Source of the DNA: Macrostomum lignano
Taxonomy: Eukaryota
Assembly (NCBI GenBank): GCA_002269645.1
Contig: NIVC01000957.1
Coordinates: forward strand, 334,514-398,513
DNA length: 64,000 nt
Reading direction: 5' to 3'
Part shown: in pieces, positions 61,113 to 64,000 of the stretch
Position numbering within the stretch: the first letter of the stretch is position 1
Layout: every line of letters begins with the position of its first letter
The notes under the pieces: model-generated
Seen by the model: only the letters and a program-made list of their open reading frames with translations
Told to the model about the DNA's origin: nothing
Database searches by the model: none
Translations under genes and position numbers: made by a program

Positions 61113-63307
61113 GGGTGTGTATAAAAGCTGGCACTGGCATCACTGGCATCGCTGGCATCAATGTAGCTAAACAAATTTTTTTTGAATTTTACTAAACTAA
61201 AAGCTCGGTGCTTGTAAAGTGCAAAATATGTTTTTTTTACAAATTTATGCACTTACTGCTAAGAAAGTCATAAACAGAACGTAAGTTTTATTGATACCTA
61301 AAAAATTTAACATTCAACTCTTAGCACCTAATTTTGTTTCAGTGCAGGCCATAGTATGTCGCAGTCTCGCAGATGAGTGGATATGCGCCACGCTTGCATG
61401 TATACAAACGGAACTCAAAGTGTATAACCTGCTTATAACTTGTGATTTTACTTACTACGCTAACAATTTTCATTCATACGAAAATTAATATATTAATGGC
61501 TGTTGGAAGATTCAATATAGATTCGTGATATTAACATGATGACGAAAATGCAATTTCCTGATTCGTTTGATCGAGTACAAACCATGCAGACCAGGGATGA
61601 TATATAAATAATAACTTAATTGCGAGTCTGTGGGTGAATTTTTTTTAATAAGTTACTTTGTGTTTGACTGAATTTGAATTTGAATTTTACTTTAAAATGC
61701 ACACTCCCTCAATCTGTTTGCATGTATCTGATCAGGGGCGTAGGGAGGGGGGGGATAAGGGGGGATGTATCCCCCCCCGAAGAGCCTGACCAAAACTTTT
61801 TTGTTGCCCTTTGTTGCTATACATGATACCATGTGGATGTGACTCTGTCATAGCACTTTTACCTTGGTGTATCCCCCCCGTAGAAAATTCACCTTGGTGT
61901 ATCCCCCCGTAGGAAATTCCTGGCTACGCCCCTGTATCTGATTTTGCATCATCCTTTGTAGAAATGCATATTTGTTTGTAATTTGCAAGCAAGATACTAA
62001 CTAAATCGTCCTGTGTAAAAATTCACACAATATTTGAACGAGTAGCAAAAAATCCATAAATTATATTTAGCATCAAAACATTATAAAAATGGAAGAATAT
62101 TGTATAAAATCAAAATTACAACTGATGCTTACAAAAACAACAAACAATATGTACAGGTGAAGTAATTCAGAAGGAATATTAACTAGAAATTGAAAATGTG
62201 TTGGCAAAGTCTCAAGAAACCAAAGTACATATTGCAAAAGCCTGTTTATTTTTTATTTTGGATAATACAAATAAACCTTTAATCAACAATTATTAAAAAT
62301 TATTCGAACTCTTTTCAAAAAATGTACAGGACAAATGAAGAAAAAGCATAAACATATCAAGAAAAAGAAAACTATACTTTATACTGTCAAACTTTGCATT
62401 CTAAACAAAGTACAACATAAAGGTACAGTAAACATATACTCATGGCATGTAAATTTTTGATAAATTATACATATTTTTCATGTTAAATACACTCTTTCTC
62501 TTCAAATTTTTCTTTTCATAGATTTACAACGCGAAAATCCACAATAGGTATTTGGCAAGCATATATCTAATTCTGCTTCGTTGAACTACAAGAACTGGCA
62601 AAACAACAGGCAATGAAATTACCTGGAGAAAGAATCAACTATAACTAAAAAAACAGAATAGGAAAAAACGTTGAAAACATAATGTCACGATGTGGCATAG
62701 CGGCTAACTATGGCTAGGACCCTTAAAAGGGCCGTTTTGACAAGCGTTGCAGTAAGTCGTAGTTCCAAAATTTAAAGGAGTTAAAAAGTTAAGATTTTTT
62801 GTTTTAACGCTAACGCTTTTGCTATTAACGGAAGTTAAGATTTTCATTAACGGTGCCCAACACTGCTTATTATACATGTACATCATTACACTCAATACCA
62901 GCAGAAAATTCGCGAAAATTCAACAGTCTGTCTTTATGGAATTTTTGCTAAGGATAAGGATGCTAAAGACTTAGCTTTATTTTTTTTTAGACTCTAATTG
63001 AGTGAATATTAAAAGTTAGATATACACTCAATGCGCAAAGGCATAGGCCTATGTAGGGTACATTTTACGTACTTCGGGTCAAGATGAAAATGCCAGTAAA
63101 AATAAAAAAAATGGGTAATGCATCTTCGTTTTTCCGAAATTTAAAAGACTCCTATAATTGTTTTGATAAATATATTTTTGTTTACGGATGAACGAAAGAA
63201 CACTATAATTTTTTTTAATAGAAGTATTACAAATATGCTTTGTTTTAGTGCACTGATGCCAGTGATGCCAGTATGCCAGTGTCCGTTGCCAGCTTTTATA
63301 CACACCC
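61113..63307. mobile_element. Non-autonomous TIR DNA transposon (2195 bp), 9-bp TSD, Mutator-like
   Basis: TIR GGGTGTGTATAAAAGCTGGCA / TGCCAGCTTTTATACACACCC with subterminal CTGGCAT repeats; flanks CAGGACGAC (61104-61112) and CCGGACGAC (63308-63316), 8/9 match; no coding capacity. Confidence 0.8.
61733..61934. mobile_element. hAT-type MITE (202 bp) nested in the Mutator-like element
   Basis: TIR CAGGGGCGTAG / CTACGCCCCTG; perfect 8-bp TSD TATCTGAT at 61725-61732 and 61935-61942. Confidence 0.92.
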
Positions 63308-64000
63308 CCGGACGACGGCTGGCCGCTGGCCTTTCAGCAATATTTCAAAAAAGTTAACACATTGTAGAAAGCAAATATGTTATTTGTACTTATGAAAAAT
63401 AAAAATCTAAGTTATGCATTATGCTAGTTTTGTTACGACCCAATGTATTTGAAAAAAAACGTTGTTTAAGTATATGTACTGTTTCACTCCAAGTGCCAAA
63501 GTGATTCTTGATGACGGCCAAAACTGATTTGCTAACAACGACATCTTTCATCCTTGACAGGCTCATAGTTTATTGAAACAAGACTTTTAACCTATAACTG
63601 TGGCTTGGTTTCGAGCTCGTATGCGAGCGATACGATCAAATGATTTGCCATTTTCTTAATTTACAAAGTACATATGCATATGCATGTGGCATTCGACAAT
63701 TCCCACTTGACAAAAGCATGAATATGTAAATGTAAATGGTGTAATTTTACAGCTTTTATTTTACTCGCGGGATCAGCCTGCAGCCATGTCGATTTTTTAT
63801 TTTGATGCTTAGTACAACGTACATTTATGCACAGAATGGAATTTATTGCTAATTTGTCCGCTTTTCATGCTTTATGCTTTTAACATCTATAGAAATTGTA
63901 GGGTGTGTTGTGTAACGCCAGTTGCGATGGCATTTGAAGGTATCGCTCTCGGCTCCCTCTCCTGCCAACAATCTCTCTTATGTCTCCTCTCTTGCACTCT

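Overview
Eukaryotic (animal) genomic DNA. It is not prokaryotic and no CRISPR array was seen. GC3-rich spliced genes, a flatworm-style innexin, TTAGGG remnants and very high minisatellite density suggest a free-living flatworm such as Macrostomum (inference). Host genes: a two-exon DMSR/myosuppressin-receptor-like GPCR (+, 11-kb intron), a two-coding-exon innexin (-), an unknown 113-aa ORF (+), a three-exon mitochondrial phosphate carrier SLC25A3 (-), and a disrupted secreted/membrane protein gene at the left end (-). Mobile DNA: an intact Mag-type Ty3/Gypsy element with LTRs, PBS, PPT and 5-bp TSD; a second Gypsy remnant; an intact IS630/Tc1-type DD33E transposon nested at the edge of a decayed Crypton-like tyrosine-recombinase element; a 5'-truncated RTE LINE with 9-bp TSD; a 2.2-kb non-autonomous TIR element with 9-bp TSD carrying a nested hAT MITE; and P-element, SINE and L2-like remnants. 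More than 20 distinct tandem arrays are present. The most unusual pattern is that several minisatellites are tandem amplifications of splice signals in the sense orientation of their host gene: 7 CAG|GTGAGT donors and 11 branchpoint-polypyrimidine-CAG acceptors upstream of the GPCR start codon, and a donor-derived array in the innexin intron. Arrays also repeatedly begin just after 5' splice donors. All alignments and counts were done by eye and need computational confirmation.
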